This document shows positions 54,135-64,000 of a DNA stretch of 64,000 nt, piece after piece. The stretch covers positions 1,216,001-1,280,000 of the forward strand of contig CBDEGZ010000003.1 in assembly GCA_965238175.1 (NCBI GenBank), given 5' to 3'. The notes below the pieces were generated by a model that was given only the letters and a program-made list of their open reading frames with translations, ran no database searches and was not told the DNA's origin. The DNA comes from Gammaproteobacteria bacterium (GTDB lineage: Bacteria > Pseudomonadota > Gammaproteobacteria > CAJXQU01). Position numbers and translations under genes: made by a program. The number at the start of each line of letters is the position of its first letter. The stretch's first letter is position 1.

Positions 54135-54996
54135 AGCAAATACCACATATTTTTGCAGTCGTTCTTTTTTTTTTGGGGAATCTGTGTGATGCACAAACAA
54201 CAGGAACTGTGAATACGCAAGTATTGAAACAACGCTGCATCATACTACCGGTATCGCCACACAAGGTAACCTAAGCACCTACTATACGTTTATAACATTA
54301 GATACTGATGCTCCAAAAGTTTGGATGCAGCTCCTTGAAGGAAGTCGAATTCTAAAGGAGGAAGAACTTGAACTGCATATTCAAAACGACGATACCCTAT
54401 CGATTGGTGATATCTCCTATGTGTATGGAAAAGACACTGCGGGACCACCAGGTATCAACGGCAAACGCACTCAGGAATATTTGCGAGCCTTGAATAGCCT
54501 AGGGCAAACCAAAGAGCTTATTGTTTTGACCCAGAAATTTCTTGTGTTTGACGAAAAAGGTAAAGCGTATCGTTCTTTGGAAGAAATCGAACAACAGACC
54601 CTTCCTCAATTCAAAAACTTTGAAAAGACCCTTTCTATAGTGCTCAACGGCATGCAAAAGCATGAGACAGAAACGCCTGAGGTAAACATTCAATTTATAG
54701 GAACCCTACAAAGCACGAGAGGCCCTTGTCAGTTTCTTCCTGGGGGAGGTAGGCGTTGGGAGCAAATTACTTATTTTGAAGTAGATAAGGTTGTATTGGG
54801 AACTGTTGCCGTTAATTCCATTAAAATAAACTTATGGCGACAAGATGTTAAAGATCTAATAGAAGGAAGTTCTTATTTGGTTTCCCTCCATGTAAACGAA
54901 CAAAGAAAACTTCAGCTACAGCGAAAAGGAAAAGAATTTTGGGAATTGGATGAACTGCTGTTTGATGAAATTAATGCTATAGAAAAAAGTGAATAA
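54131..54996 (+). pseudogene. Hypothetical protein, probably frameshifted after its signal peptide
   Basis: Signal-like frame from GTG 54131 ends early; a different frame is open from about 54190 into the 223-aa ORF. Confidence 0.45.
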
Positions 54997-55600
54997 TCGC
55001 CAAAAACCAACCTGTTCATTTGCAGCTCCTGAAAATCTTCATGAAATATTGAGCAGCGATGGCTCTTGGGAAGAAGAAACTTTTGCCCCCTTTCAATTTT
55101 GATTGAATCCCGGTAGAAGGATCTGGTATAAGACCCAGAATCACTCAGGTTAGAAGTTGCCGCACCTAAACCGATCAGACATGCCGAAGTAATCGTACCG
55201 GCTTCGAAGCCTGACGGTCATCGTCAAACCATATAATCATTATTATGTGCGGAAGCGTATTTTATTTAGACGAAGAACAAGAAACGCGGGTTTACTTTCC
55301 CAATCTGAAAGTGTGCTTGCCAGTAAAACTAAATACTAATAAAAAACGCTGCCACCTTGGGGACGCCGTAAAGAACAGCAAGGCATTTTATCGATGGGCG
55401 GTTGGATACGACTCAATTTTATCTACGCCGGCAGGTGGGATAAATGGGGTGCAAAACCAGTGAAGCTGCTCATCATGGGTTTATAGAAAAAGATATTGAA
55501 GACAATAGCCATCGGTTCGGCATCACCGAAGGAAAATGGATACAGGGAGTAGATAAACTACATGTTTTTTGTTGACGAATAAGTGGAGACTTATCCCATT

Positions 55601-56125
55601 TTATTTCGATTCTTTATAATTACAATTTTTATCTAAATTCAGATACATTCTGTCGATAATGTTACTCAAAGCACGTACGAATGAGTTTTTGATTTCACTA
55701 TCTGCAGCTAACCACAAGACGCTCGTATCCACACCTCTAAAGTGCGTTGTTTTGTTATTATTCTTATTGTGAAGAGCTAAGACAATATTTGTTTTCATGA
55801 TTCCATCTGTTGTTCTGATGTGTGCTAGCTTGATAGAAACATCAGCGAACAAATATTTTTTACTTGATGGGATATTATTCAAAAAAGAGCTTTTAATCTT
55901 AAGCGTATCACTTATCCAGCTTATCAATTCTTCACTATTAATTGGATACTTACCAATAGTTCCCAAGCTCTTTTTATCCTTACGAGCATCTGTTATTCCA
56001 TTTATTACAATAGGACAATCTCTATCGTTTTTGTCTGAACTGTGAGCAGGTTTGTTTTGCACCTGATCAAAGGTGACGTTGACTGGGGTTGTAGTACAGC
56101 CGATAGAGAAAAGCAAAACCAGCAT
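55601..56125 (-). CDS. Hypothetical lipoprotein
   Basis: LLFSIGC lipobox-like start; start position uncertain. Confidence 0.55.
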   Translation of the reverse strand: MLVLLFSIGCTTTPVNVTFDQVQNKPAHSSDKNDRDCPIVINGITDARKDKKSLGTIGKYPINSEELISWISDTLKIKSSFLNNIPSSKKYLFADVSIKLAHIRTTDGIMKTNIVLALHNKNNNKTTHFRGVDTSVLWLAADSEIKNSFVRALSNIIDRMYLNLDKNCNYKESK

Positions 56126-56190
56126 GGAGCTGGTTTTGCTTATTAAACCTAATAAAGTTCGAATAGGATGGTACCTGACAGCAATAATAT

Positions 56191-56943
56191 TTATTTTTCT
56201 AAGTCTATTTTTATTTGACTTGCTATAAAGACGGCATTAGCTTCTAGTGCAACTTTTACCTTTTCTGGATCATTATTGATATCAGAAATATTTTTTTCCT
56301 TGCTACCTGAGTTACTGAGTGTTTCGTGAGCAAGGAATGTGTTGTGATAAATATTGTCTTTCATATCTACGAAGGATTCATTCGAATCACCTATTTCTCG
56401 ATAGACTTTTAACGCATCATTTATAGGAAACATATATGCTTCAACGATTGTTTGAACTGAGTCAAATTCCGGTGACAGCTTATATGAGGCCGTTAAAAAT
56501 AGAATGGCTGACGCACCAGATTCATTATATTTCTCACTAAGAATATTTTGATTGGTCGCTCGTTCAAGATTGACTTTATTCACTTTAAAGTTAGAAATAT
56601 TCGAAATTTCACTATTGATTTTTTCATGGAGCACGGATGCATAGTCGTAATCAATAAGATGATTTCTTACTGGTACAATCGAAGATTCAGCAGTATTTGT
56701 TTGTGAACTCTCCACCATTATGTCAATTAGAGCAAAGAGGAGTCCCCCTCCAGCCGCAGCAGCCGAGTTTGAACCTTTGATATCTGCATAAATTTCATCC
56801 TGATCAACGATTAAGTGGGCATCCAATTCTTGTATAAGAGTTACAGCATTTGGGTCAAGTTGGTGAACGGGTTTTATGCTAGTACAACCTGATAGAAAAA
56901 ATGAAATGGTAATAAGGACTAATATTTTTTTCAAAGATAACAT
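56191..56943 (-). CDS. Hypothetical lipoprotein
   Basis: MLSLKK...FLSGC lipobox; GGGLLFALID glycine-rich segment. Confidence 0.7.
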   Translation of the reverse strand: MLSLKKILVLITISFFLSGCTSIKPVHQLDPNAVTLIQELDAHLIVDQDEIYADIKGSNSAAAAGGGLLFALIDIMVESSQTNTAESSIVPVRNHLIDYDYASVLHEKINSEISNISNFKVNKVNLERATNQNILSEKYNESGASAILFLTASYKLSPEFDSVQTIVEAYMFPINDALKVYREIGDSNESFVDMKDNIYHNTFLAHETLSNSGSKEKNISDINNDPEKVKVALEANAVFIASQIKIDLEK

Positions 56944-57737
56944 GTTTTCCGATCCTAAAAATAAGTTTAAAAAATGAGAATAGAACATATAAATAGATAC
57001 TTTGATGAAAAAGTAAAATATTTAGACCATTGGTAAATGGGTTTTAAGATAAACAAAGATCCTTCTTGTTGCTTAGATATACTCTGCCGTATCGAAGTAG
57101 TACTCTCTCGATAAATTCACCATTTTGCGAATTCTGGAGTCAAGGCTGCCATTCAAGATGGTAATACTCAAGTTAATGATTGCAATATCACGTAAAGACC
57201 TATTGGAAGATCCTTGTCAAGAGTCAGACAAAATAAAAGAGGGCAAGTTTTCCTAAATTCAGAGAACAGGTTTTCAATATCATGTTCTTTCGTAGGATTG
57301 TTTAAGATCATGCTACATTACCTACATTTACAAACTAGAGTTTTTCGTAAGATTTTAAATAGACATAAAGATTTTATATTTTACAGGGGAGACCAGTTTC
57401 TCCTGACGTTAACTAGAGGTAATAGAACATAATTTCTCCAGTTGGAGTGTTTCAGCTTCCATATAATTAGATTGGTTTTGTATGATGTAATTACATTCAT
57501 GGAGAATAAAAGATGAAGAAAAAAGTTGTGAAAAAAACACCTAAATATTTCATTCGGAAAGGTAATCATTAGCGGTACAGGTTTTTGGTTATTTCCACTT
57601 CTGAAGATTTTAAAGTTATTACTGGATGGATAATTATTTAATTCAATCCAAAGTTCATCAGTATTGATATTACCTCATATTTCCCAGAGGATGGTTTGAA
57701 ATCTGAGCACTGTAGATAGTGGTAATAGGGGTAGGCT

Positions 57738-59074
57738 CTGAGGGATCCCCACGAATCTGCAAGAATAATCAAACATACAGTGGCTCCCACATGAGCTGTT
57801 GAATATGTTCAAAAGCCCGCGTCCAATCTTTTTTCTTGAGTTTTAAGGTTCTATCTTTAAACGCTCTCAAACCAACAAACTGATAGGACAATACGACTTT
57901 ATCTTTGACAGAATTGGCTTGATAACGGCGATGTAAATTCGCCATCGTCACTACCACTCCAAACAGGTATAAAACAAACTGAGCTAACGCAGCAATCACC
58001 AATAACACTGTCAGACGTTTCAATATTCGTGTATTACCAAGGTTCATCTTCAACCCTGTTTTCAAGTCTCTAAAACTCTCTTCAATTTGCATCCGTGTCT
58101 GATAAAGTTTGGTCACTCGTTTAGCAAACCCTTTTTCTGGTATTAATGAGGTGACCAACAACCAAGGCTCTGCTTCCCGTTCAGCCTGTTTGCGCGAATG
58201 ACTATTACGACGGTTCTTATGACCCAGTGCCGTTTTATCTTTTCGCCCTTGTGGTTTTTTACGCACCACCACTAATTGACCTGTCATCGGCGTGTTACGA
58301 CAGAGTTGATAAGCCCCTAACCGTTTTGGTTTTATTGTCGCTTTCGTATATAAATCTTTAACTGGAAACCAACCGGGTACGGAGGTTGTCTGGCACAAAG
58401 TCCGGTTCCTTACTCTTCCCACAAAGTCCCAACCCAATGAACGGACTAACTCAAACCAGGGCGTGCGAAAACCGGCATCGGTCACAATAATCGGACGACA
58501 TGTTTCTGGAAGCATGGCCTTTAGTCTACCCATAAACTGTTTATGGGTGTTCAGTTTTTCTTTGGTTGTGACGGGATGAACTTCTTCATAAAGCGTCAGA
58601 GCACGGCCATCTACTGCGACAGAAGCACGTAATAAAAAGTGTTGCTTTCGCGGGTCACAATCTGACCAGTCTACGAGAATAACAGGGTGAGATTGTTGTT
58701 CAATTAATGCCACGCTTAAGCGTGAATAAATACCCTGACTCTCTTGCTGTAAATGGGCGTTACTGCACAGCCTATCCGCTCGTTTTATTTGATGCTTTTC
58801 ACTGGTATCACTGTCCAGAGTACGCCCTAAACTGGTCACGGATAATGCCGCGCCGGAGAGCGTGCTCAAGATCATGTCATTCAGACTTTGGCGTCGGACT
58901 TTATGCATGTTGGGCGTGACTCTTCTTAGAAGATCCTTCAGTATGGTTTGTGCTTTCATGGTGTTCACCGATTTGTGATGTTTGCTGATTGATCAGATCA
59001 ACTTATACCATGAAAGTTCAGACTTTTATATCTTAACTACTGATTCTATTAACTATTTTGTGGGGATTGCTCAG
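57738..59074 (-). mobile_element. IS4-family, IS10-like insertion sequence (1337 bp)
   Basis: TIRs CTGAGGGATCCCC / GGGGATTGCTCAG resemble IS10 ends; 9-bp TSD GGGTAGGCT at 57729-57737 and 59075-59083. Confidence 0.93.
57769..58959 (-). CDS. IS10-like DDE transposase
   Basis: ILVDWSD, IVTDAGF, YQTRMQIEESFRDLK (YREK motif). Confidence 0.93.
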   Translation of the reverse strand: MKAQTILKDLLRRVTPNMHKVRRQSLNDMILSTLSGAALSVTSLGRTLDSDTSEKHQIKRADRLCSNAHLQQESQGIYSRLSVALIEQQSHPVILVDWSDCDPRKQHFLLRASVAVDGRALTLYEEVHPVTTKEKLNTHKQFMGRLKAMLPETCRPIIVTDAGFRTPWFELVRSLGWDFVGRVRNRTLCQTTSVPGWFPVKDLYTKATIKPKRLGAYQLCRNTPMTGQLVVVRKKPQGRKDKTALGHKNRRNSHSRKQAEREAEPWLLVTSLIPEKGFAKRVTKLYQTRMQIEESFRDLKTGLKMNLGNTRILKRLTVLLVIAALAQFVLYLFGVVVTMANLHRRYQANSVKDKVVLSYQFVGLRAFKDRTLKLKKKDWTRAFEHIQQLMWEPLYV

Positions 59075-59265
59075 GGGTAGGCTCCACTTAATTTCAAAAG
59101 TATGGTTTTGGGTAACGAATATATTAAGCAACAAGATTAAAAATCTATGCTGCGGATTTTTCCACATAACTCTAAAATAAAGGTGATTAGTTAGATGGAT
59201 TATTTTAAGAATAAAAGTAATAGATAGTCTTAATATATAAGATTTTCTGATCGGGTAATGCGAAC

Positions 59266-59526
59266 TTAGCGACGCCCGCGGCCAGGCTTTACGACTTCTA
59301 AATTAACTTTCATTTGTTTACCGTGGAGTTCTTTTCCATTTAACCCGGCAATGGCTGCACGTGCTTCGTGACCTTCCATTTCGATAAACCCGAAACCTTT
59401 GCATTGCCCTGACATGACGTCGGTTACTAGATTGAGGGAACGTACCTTTCCAAATCCAGAGAATAGATTCTCAAGTTCGTGTTCTTTCGTTGATGGAGCT
59501 AAGTTGCCTACAAATAGTTTTTTCAC
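59266..59526 (-). CDS. RRM RNA-binding protein
   Basis: LFVGNL (RNP2) and KGFGFIEM (RNP1). Confidence 0.9.
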   Translation of the reverse strand: MKKLFVGNLAPSTKEHELENLFSGFGKVRSLNLVTDVMSGQCKGFGFIEMEGHEARAAIAGLNGKELHGKQMKVNLEVVKPGRGRR

Positions 59527-59690
59527 GTTTTTCCCCTTTCAGAGTTTTGATGTTGTTATTGTATATAAATTAAAAAATAGAAACCCTTCATAGAAATTTT
59601 TTGTAAGAGGATCAAAATCGTAAAACTTTTTCTTAACAATAAATAGTATTTGTTTCTTATCGAAACTAGATCATATCTACAAATAAAATA

Positions 59691-59836
59691 AGGCCGCCCA
59701 GTTGGACAGCCTAATTCTGTTTGGTGGAGACGGTGGGAGTTTAACCCATCTGCAAATTCTCCAGCTTTGGATCTATATGTTTAACCGACCTTTTTTAATT
59801 TAACTGCATGTTACCCGAACGGTAGGATGCGCGCAC
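59691..59836 (-). repeat. Degenerate duplicate of the tmRNA 3' end (about 115 nt) plus terminator; att-like scar
   Basis: 59722-59836 aligns colinearly with 61705-61820 (TGGTGGAGACGG.GGGA.TT.AACCC...CTTTGGATCTA.ATGTTTA.CCGAC...TTTAATTTAACTG...TACCCGAACGG.AGGATGCG); the terminator hairpin is also duplicated. Confidence 0.88.
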
Positions 59837-59874
59837 TTTTATAGTGCATTTGATACATGTTAATAGCTCAAACA

Positions 59875-60744
59875 CTATTGCGAGGTTTCTGATAGGAGGT
59901 CTGGGTTCATTACGAGGTTTCTTACTCCGTGAGCATGATCCTCATTGAATATATTGCTCTTACACCATTTTCCAACCGATTCAATATTTACTTTGGCAAC
60001 CTTAGTACGAACGCTCCAGGTTACCTGAAACGGAGAACCTTGTTCATTGTAACTTGGCCCTGTGGTTGAGCCTGCGTATTGAACTGGAATTCCTGTATCA
60101 TTTGGAATGTTCATTGCCTGGTGTAAACCATTTTTCATTCCATGTTGGGTAAGCTCGCCAAAGTCTCTAGCATTCTCATCATTCACCAAGACATACACTT
60201 GAGTCTCTACTCGCAACTGTGGGTTTTTGATCGAGTCATTAAGGCATGAACCTAATGTTGGGCCGGGCTTTACCTGAGCACTCGAATGAACGTAGTGAAC
60301 CTCAATTGTATCGCCAGGAGTAAGGCCGCCGTGTTTACTTGGGCAAACCTCTTGGTTGACAGGGGACAACTCCTCATTCGATAAACTCCCTGAATATTGA
60401 TAGCCGGTCTGATACCCATGACCATTGCCATGCCCCGCATATTTTGTGAATTCTCCACCTTTGTGCTCCGCATTCTTATGAAAGTGAATATTACAAAGAC
60501 TCATTTGTGAAGATGACGGGGCGGTGTTAAAGGCAATGTTGTTATTACCTGAAACTAAATCAATATCACGTGGTGATTGAGGGCCAAATCCCTTGTTTTC
60601 TGTGTTTATTGCCAGATTTCTGCGTTGTTGGGTAATCGTTTCGTCTGAAACTGGGATGAGCAGATCAGAGTTAATATCCCTTGCAACTAAGTTATAGGGC
60701 ATCCCAACTGTTGTGACTAAGAAAAAAATTATTTTTGTTTTCAT
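59875..60744 (-). CDS. Secreted delta-class carbonic anhydrase-like protein
   Basis: GPQSPRDID, LCNIHFHKNAEH, GDTIEVHYVH, YAGSTTGP, SP.QVTW motifs as recalled for this family; N-terminal signal-like segment. Confidence 0.7.
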   Translation of the reverse strand: MKTKIIFFLVTTVGMPYNLVARDINSDLLIPVSDETITQQRRNLAINTENKGFGPQSPRDIDLVSGNNNIAFNTAPSSSQMSLCNIHFHKNAEHKGGEFTKYAGHGNGHGYQTGYQYSGSLSNEELSPVNQEVCPSKHGGLTPGDTIEVHYVHSSAQVKPGPTLGSCLNDSIKNPQLRVETQVYVLVNDENARDFGELTQHGMKNGLHQAMNIPNDTGIPVQYAGSTTGPSYNEQGSPFQVTWSVRTKVAKVNIESVGKWCKSNIFNEDHAHGVRNLVMNPDLLSETSQ

Positions 60745-61116
60745 GGCAATTTCCTCTAAACATGTGTGGCGAGGTAATCAATGGATACCCCAAGTTTCAA
60801 ATATTAAGACGATAAAATACATGATGAATTTGGAGGCTGCAAATTACAATTAAATTGCTCCAGCGAAAGAATCGCTGTTGCTGAATCAGTGGCCCGAAGC
60901 CATCTACATATTTTTAGAATAAGATGCTGAAAATAAGCTGGAATATCATTAGTTACTCTCAGAATATCAGGAGCAATAATTTAATTGTAAAGTGTAGATT
61001 ATTCATGTGCTTACCCTTAGTTAAAGTTTTTTACAGTATGGTCGATATAGAAGGAACTATGTTCTATCTTCTGACTGGTTTGCTTCAAACAAACCTTTAA
61101 ATAAAGGATTATTGCT

Positions 61117-61557
61117 ATGAAGACATTACCTCTTCTCTTTTTATTTACTCTTTTTGTATCTAATCATGCATTTGCATGTCAAAAAATGACGATGTCTTAT
61201 GATGAAATTGCATTAGCTTCTAAGGCAGTTTATGTCGGTGGAATTATGAGTGTGTCTATTCCTGACTTAGCAGAAGAACAAATGAATGAAGATTTAAACT
61301 ATCCAAATGCAACTCACAGAAGTGATAGAGTCATCACGATGAATGTGTTTCAAACACTTAATGGAGAAGTAAAAGAAAGACTGGATGTCACTCTTGACTG
61401 GTGTAATGGTAAAGATGCAAAACTCGGTAAAATGGCAATACTTTATAAAATCGAGGGCGGATGGGTTTTAAAACACGATGAATTTGCCATTTCTGAAACT
61501 ATGGCAATACTCTCAACCCGATCTAAGGCAAATATTCACAATATCGCACTTTATTAG
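61117..61557 (+). CDS. Hypothetical secreted protein
   Basis: Signal peptide ending AFA-C; AAGGA RBS. Confidence 0.6.
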   Translation: MKTLPLLFLFTLFVSNHAFACQKMTMSYDEIALASKAVYVGGIMSVSIPDLAEEQMNEDLNYPNATHRSDRVITMNVFQTLNGEVKERLDVTLDWCNGKDAKLGKMAILYKIEGGWVLKHDEFAISETMAILSTRSKANIHNIALY

Positions 61558-61668
61558 TCAGATTAACTATGAGGAAGAAAGTTGACTTTTGATTGAACAA
61601 GTTCAGAAGAACAAAAATGAGTTTTTAAAATTTTTGATTGATCATTCTCAAAAACTATTTCAAGTATA

Positions 61669-61699
61669 AAAAAAGGGCTACCCGATGGATAGCCCTTTT
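61669..61699 (-). terminator. tmRNA terminator
   Basis: AAAAAAAGGGCTA-CCCGATGGA-TAGCCCTTTT. Confidence 0.8.
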
Positions 61700-61704
61700 G
61701 TATT

Positions 61705-62080
61705 TGGTGGAGACGGCGGGAATTGAACCCGCGTCCGCAAATCCTCCGCCTTTGGATCTACATGTTTAGCCGACTCTTTTAATTTAACTGGCCACTACCC
61801 GAACGGCAGGATGCGTGTACAGCGATTCCGGTAAAGTTTTAGGGAATCCACGCCGGACGCATTTCATCACGATCTTATGAGAGTCGACGCCTGAGTGTTC
61901 CGAAGAACCTGGACGCATAAGCACGGCTCCAGTCAGACGGCAATCTACCGGTTATTAAGCGGCGAGTGCGTAGTTGTCGTCGTTGGCAACTAAAAGTTTG
62001 CAACAATGATTTACGAGGAATGCTGCCTCCTCGACATGCACCTAAGGTTTTGTAACCCGCGTCGAAGCCAAGTCGTCCCC
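61705..62080 (-). ncRNA. ssrA: tmRNA (ssrA), 376 nt, tag ANDDNYALAA
   Basis: 5' GGGGACGACTTGGCTTCGAC, 3' T-arm and CTCCACCA; tag frame 61987-61955; near smpB. Confidence 0.97.
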
Positions 62081-62156
62081 TAACTTGGATAGTATATCCA
62101 ATGTGGAGTTCATCGGCCAGGGATAAGAAGTCTGAAGTGATTAGATCAGATTAAGA

Positions 62157-62339
62157 TTATTTTTTAAAGCGGCTGAGGAGGATGGTGACTAGGCCAAGCA
62201 GGAGCTCATCCACAAATGGGATAACATCAGGGATGATCAAATCAAAAACAAATAAACCCAGCGCTATTAAGAACAGGTTTTTGAACCTCAACCCTTGGGA
62301 ATAGGTGAGAAGTAACGCGATTATTGATCTGGGATTCAT
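62157..62339 (-). CDS. Small membrane protein (DUF6116-like)
   Basis: LRF..LF...LFVFDLIIPDVIPFVDELLLG; ATG 62339 lies inside the IS481 target duplication. Confidence 0.6.
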   Translation of the reverse strand: MNPRSIIALLLTYSQGLRFKNLFLIALGLFVFDLIIPDVIPFVDELLLGLVTILLSRFKK

Positions 62340-62340
62340 A

Positions 62341-63566
62341 TGTAGAAATTCAGATTTGATCTGACAGTTACCCAATTATCAGTAACCGACTGTCAGGTTA
62401 AGTTTAATTCACAAACTTTTCCTTCCAGATAGCTTGTCCGTCGATGAGTGTTTCCATCGGCGTCCTCCCGCAGCACATTTTGCCTTGGTGAGTTCGTTGA
62501 GTATTGTATTTGAGCAACCATTCGTCAAGGTCGAGTTGCAGTTCATCAATCGATTGGTAAATTTTCTTACGCAAAGCGACTTGATAAAACTCATTGAGGA
62601 TCGTCTTATGGAATCGCTCACAAATACCATTCGTCTGAGGTGATTTGACCTTGGTTTTGGTGTGTTCGATATTGTTCAACGCCATATAAAGCTGATAATC
62701 ATGCTGGTCAGCTCGCCCACAATACTCCGTCCCTCTATCTGTCAAAATGCGCAACATAGGCAAACGTTGTTCTTCGTAGAATGGGAGGACGCGGTCATTG
62801 AGCATGTCAGCTGCCGTAATCGGTGTTTTAGTCGGGTACAGTTTCGCGTGAGCGACCTTGCTGTAAGTATCAACAAACGTTTGTTGATAAACCCGACCAA
62901 TGCCTTTGAAAGTACCGACATAGTAAGTATCTTGCGAGCCAAGATAACCAGGGTGTGCCGTCTCTATCTCGCCACAAGCCTCATCGTCGTCTTTCTTGCG
63001 TTCCATCGCCGCGACTTGAGACTCAGTGAGGATCAAGCCTTCACCAGCTACCTTATCAGACAATGCCTTCAGGCGATCTTTAAAGCAAGCAAGACCATGA
63101 CGAAGCCAGATACAACGAACGCCACTGGGTGAGACAAATGTTCCCCGTTTGCGCAGCTCGTTACTGGTGCGCGTTTGACCATGTGCGGGCTCTTCCAGTG
63201 CATACTCGAGCACAACGGTTTCAATAGCCGGGTCGATTCTGTTTTTAAGATTTGGGGTACGCCGATTACGATCAAACAAGGCTTCTACACCGCCTTCATC
63301 AGCCGCTTCTTTGTAGCGATAAAATGTATCTCTGGACAAACCCATCATCTTGCAGGCTTTTGAGACATTGCCGAGTTCTTCAGCGAGATTGAGTAGACCA
63401 ACTTTATGTTTTATAACTTTGTCATTAGTATGAATCATGAGAGTTACCTCTTTGTGTTTTGATGTTTACGTTGCAGTTACATCAAAGCGGGTAACTCTCA
63501 CTAAATCAAGCGTCGCTACGCTCCGCTTGATTTAGTGATGTGTCAGATTGGGTCTAAACTTCTACA
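62341..63566 (-). mobile_element. IS481-family insertion sequence (1226 bp)
   Basis: TGT...ACA ends (TGTAGAAATTCAGATTTGATCTGACA / TGTCAGATTGGGTCTAAACTTCTACA); 7-bp TSD ATTCATA at 62334-62340 and 63567-63573. Confidence 0.92.
62404..63438 (-). CDS. IS481-family transposase
   Basis: N-terminal HTH, GSQDT, LTDRGTEY, PQTNGICERF integrase core. Confidence 0.95.
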   Translation of the reverse strand: MIHTNDKVIKHKVGLLNLAEELGNVSKACKMMGLSRDTFYRYKEAADEGGVEALFDRNRRTPNLKNRIDPAIETVVLEYALEEPAHGQTRTSNELRKRGTFVSPSGVRCIWLRHGLACFKDRLKALSDKVAGEGLILTESQVAAMERKKDDDEACGEIETAHPGYLGSQDTYYVGTFKGIGRVYQQTFVDTYSKVAHAKLYPTKTPITAADMLNDRVLPFYEEQRLPMLRILTDRGTEYCGRADQHDYQLYMALNNIEHTKTKVKSPQTNGICERFHKTILNEFYQVALRKKIYQSIDELQLDLDEWLLKYNTQRTHQGKMCCGRTPMETLIDGQAIWKEKFVN

Positions 63567-63643
63567 ATTCATATTATATTTTCCACATAACTAATACTTC
63601 TGATCGTCTATTTGTTATCTCTCAGTTAGCTCTCTGGATTATA

Positions 63644-64000
63644 TCAACGACCTTTCAGGATCCTTTGTTGTTCTCGACCCCAATCGCGCTCTTTTGACGC
63701 AGCGCGTTTGTCATGTGCTTGTTTACCTTTAGCTAGTCCAACTTCGATCTTGGCGCGACCTTTTACCCAATACATTGCGGTAGGCACTATGGTGTAGCCC
63801 TTTCTGTCGACGGCTGAAGAAAGTTTTGCAAGTTCATAAGTGTGTAATAGTAACTTTCGTACTCGTGTTTTATTGGGAGTGATGTGTGTGGAGGCTGTTT
63901 GTAGAGGCGTGATGACGCAGCCATGTAACCAGGCTTCTCCTTTATGCATCTGAATGTGGCTGTCGAGGATCTGTATTTTCCCAGCGCGCAGGCTTTTGAC
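63644..64000 (-). CDS. smpB: SsrA-binding protein SmpB (5' part outside the window)
   Basis: KSLRAG, RKLLLH, GLAKGKQAHDKR. Confidence 0.95.
   Translation of the reverse strand, partial: VKSLRAGKIQILDSHIQMHKGEAWLHGCVITPLQTASTHITPNKTRVRKLLLHTYELAKLSSAVDRKGYTIVPTAMYWVKGRAKIEVGLAKGKQAHDKRAASKERDWGREQQRILKGR

Noticed and set aside
54165-54174. T10 homopolymer as a phase-variation switch
   Set aside because: The signal-peptide frame is already sensible across the run, and the downstream long frame has a TGA just after it, so the lesion appears to be further 3'.
59722-59760. tRNA gene
   Set aside because: It is only the 3' part of a degenerate tmRNA copy; no 5' acceptor strand, D-arm or anticodon arm.
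59158-63592. Shared 14-mer TTTTCCACATAACT at about 59158 and 63579 as att or arm sites
   Set aside because: AT-rich, only two copies, no integrase present; cannot be distinguished from chance.

Overview
An AT-rich window that looks like a free-living, probably aquatic gammaproteobacterium (inferred from recJ, yhdP-rng, ribF-ileS-lspA, nadC, nagZ, hslVU, djlA, smpB and a tmRNA encoding the tag ANDDNYALAA). Housekeeping blocks alternate with three accessory zones. (1) 4.5-10.6 kb holds three tandem, mosaic PEP-CTERM paralogues, IS982 and IS5 remnants, MITEs and an intact IS1111-type (IS110 family) recombinase element. The non-coding end of that element carries readable bridge/seekRNA-like guides matching both its own circle junction and its insertion site, which is the terminal inverted repeat of a MITE. 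(2) 26-30 kb holds a sigma54-type VPLPA/PEP-CTERM gene with an in-frame heptamer repeat in its signal peptide (candidate phase variation), and an MglA-like GTPase operon with no roadblock partner. (3) 47.9-63.6 kb is a tmRNA-linked hotspot with decaying genes, IS10-like and IS481 elements, and a delta-class carbonic anhydrase bracketed by tmRNA and a degenerate duplicate of its 3' end. Also present are a divergent mtdA/fch C1 pair, H-NOX plus histidine kinase, an HDOD-REC-GGDEF protein and an AraC/aldehyde dehydrogenase pair. All calls come from motif recognition by eye; no database searches were run.
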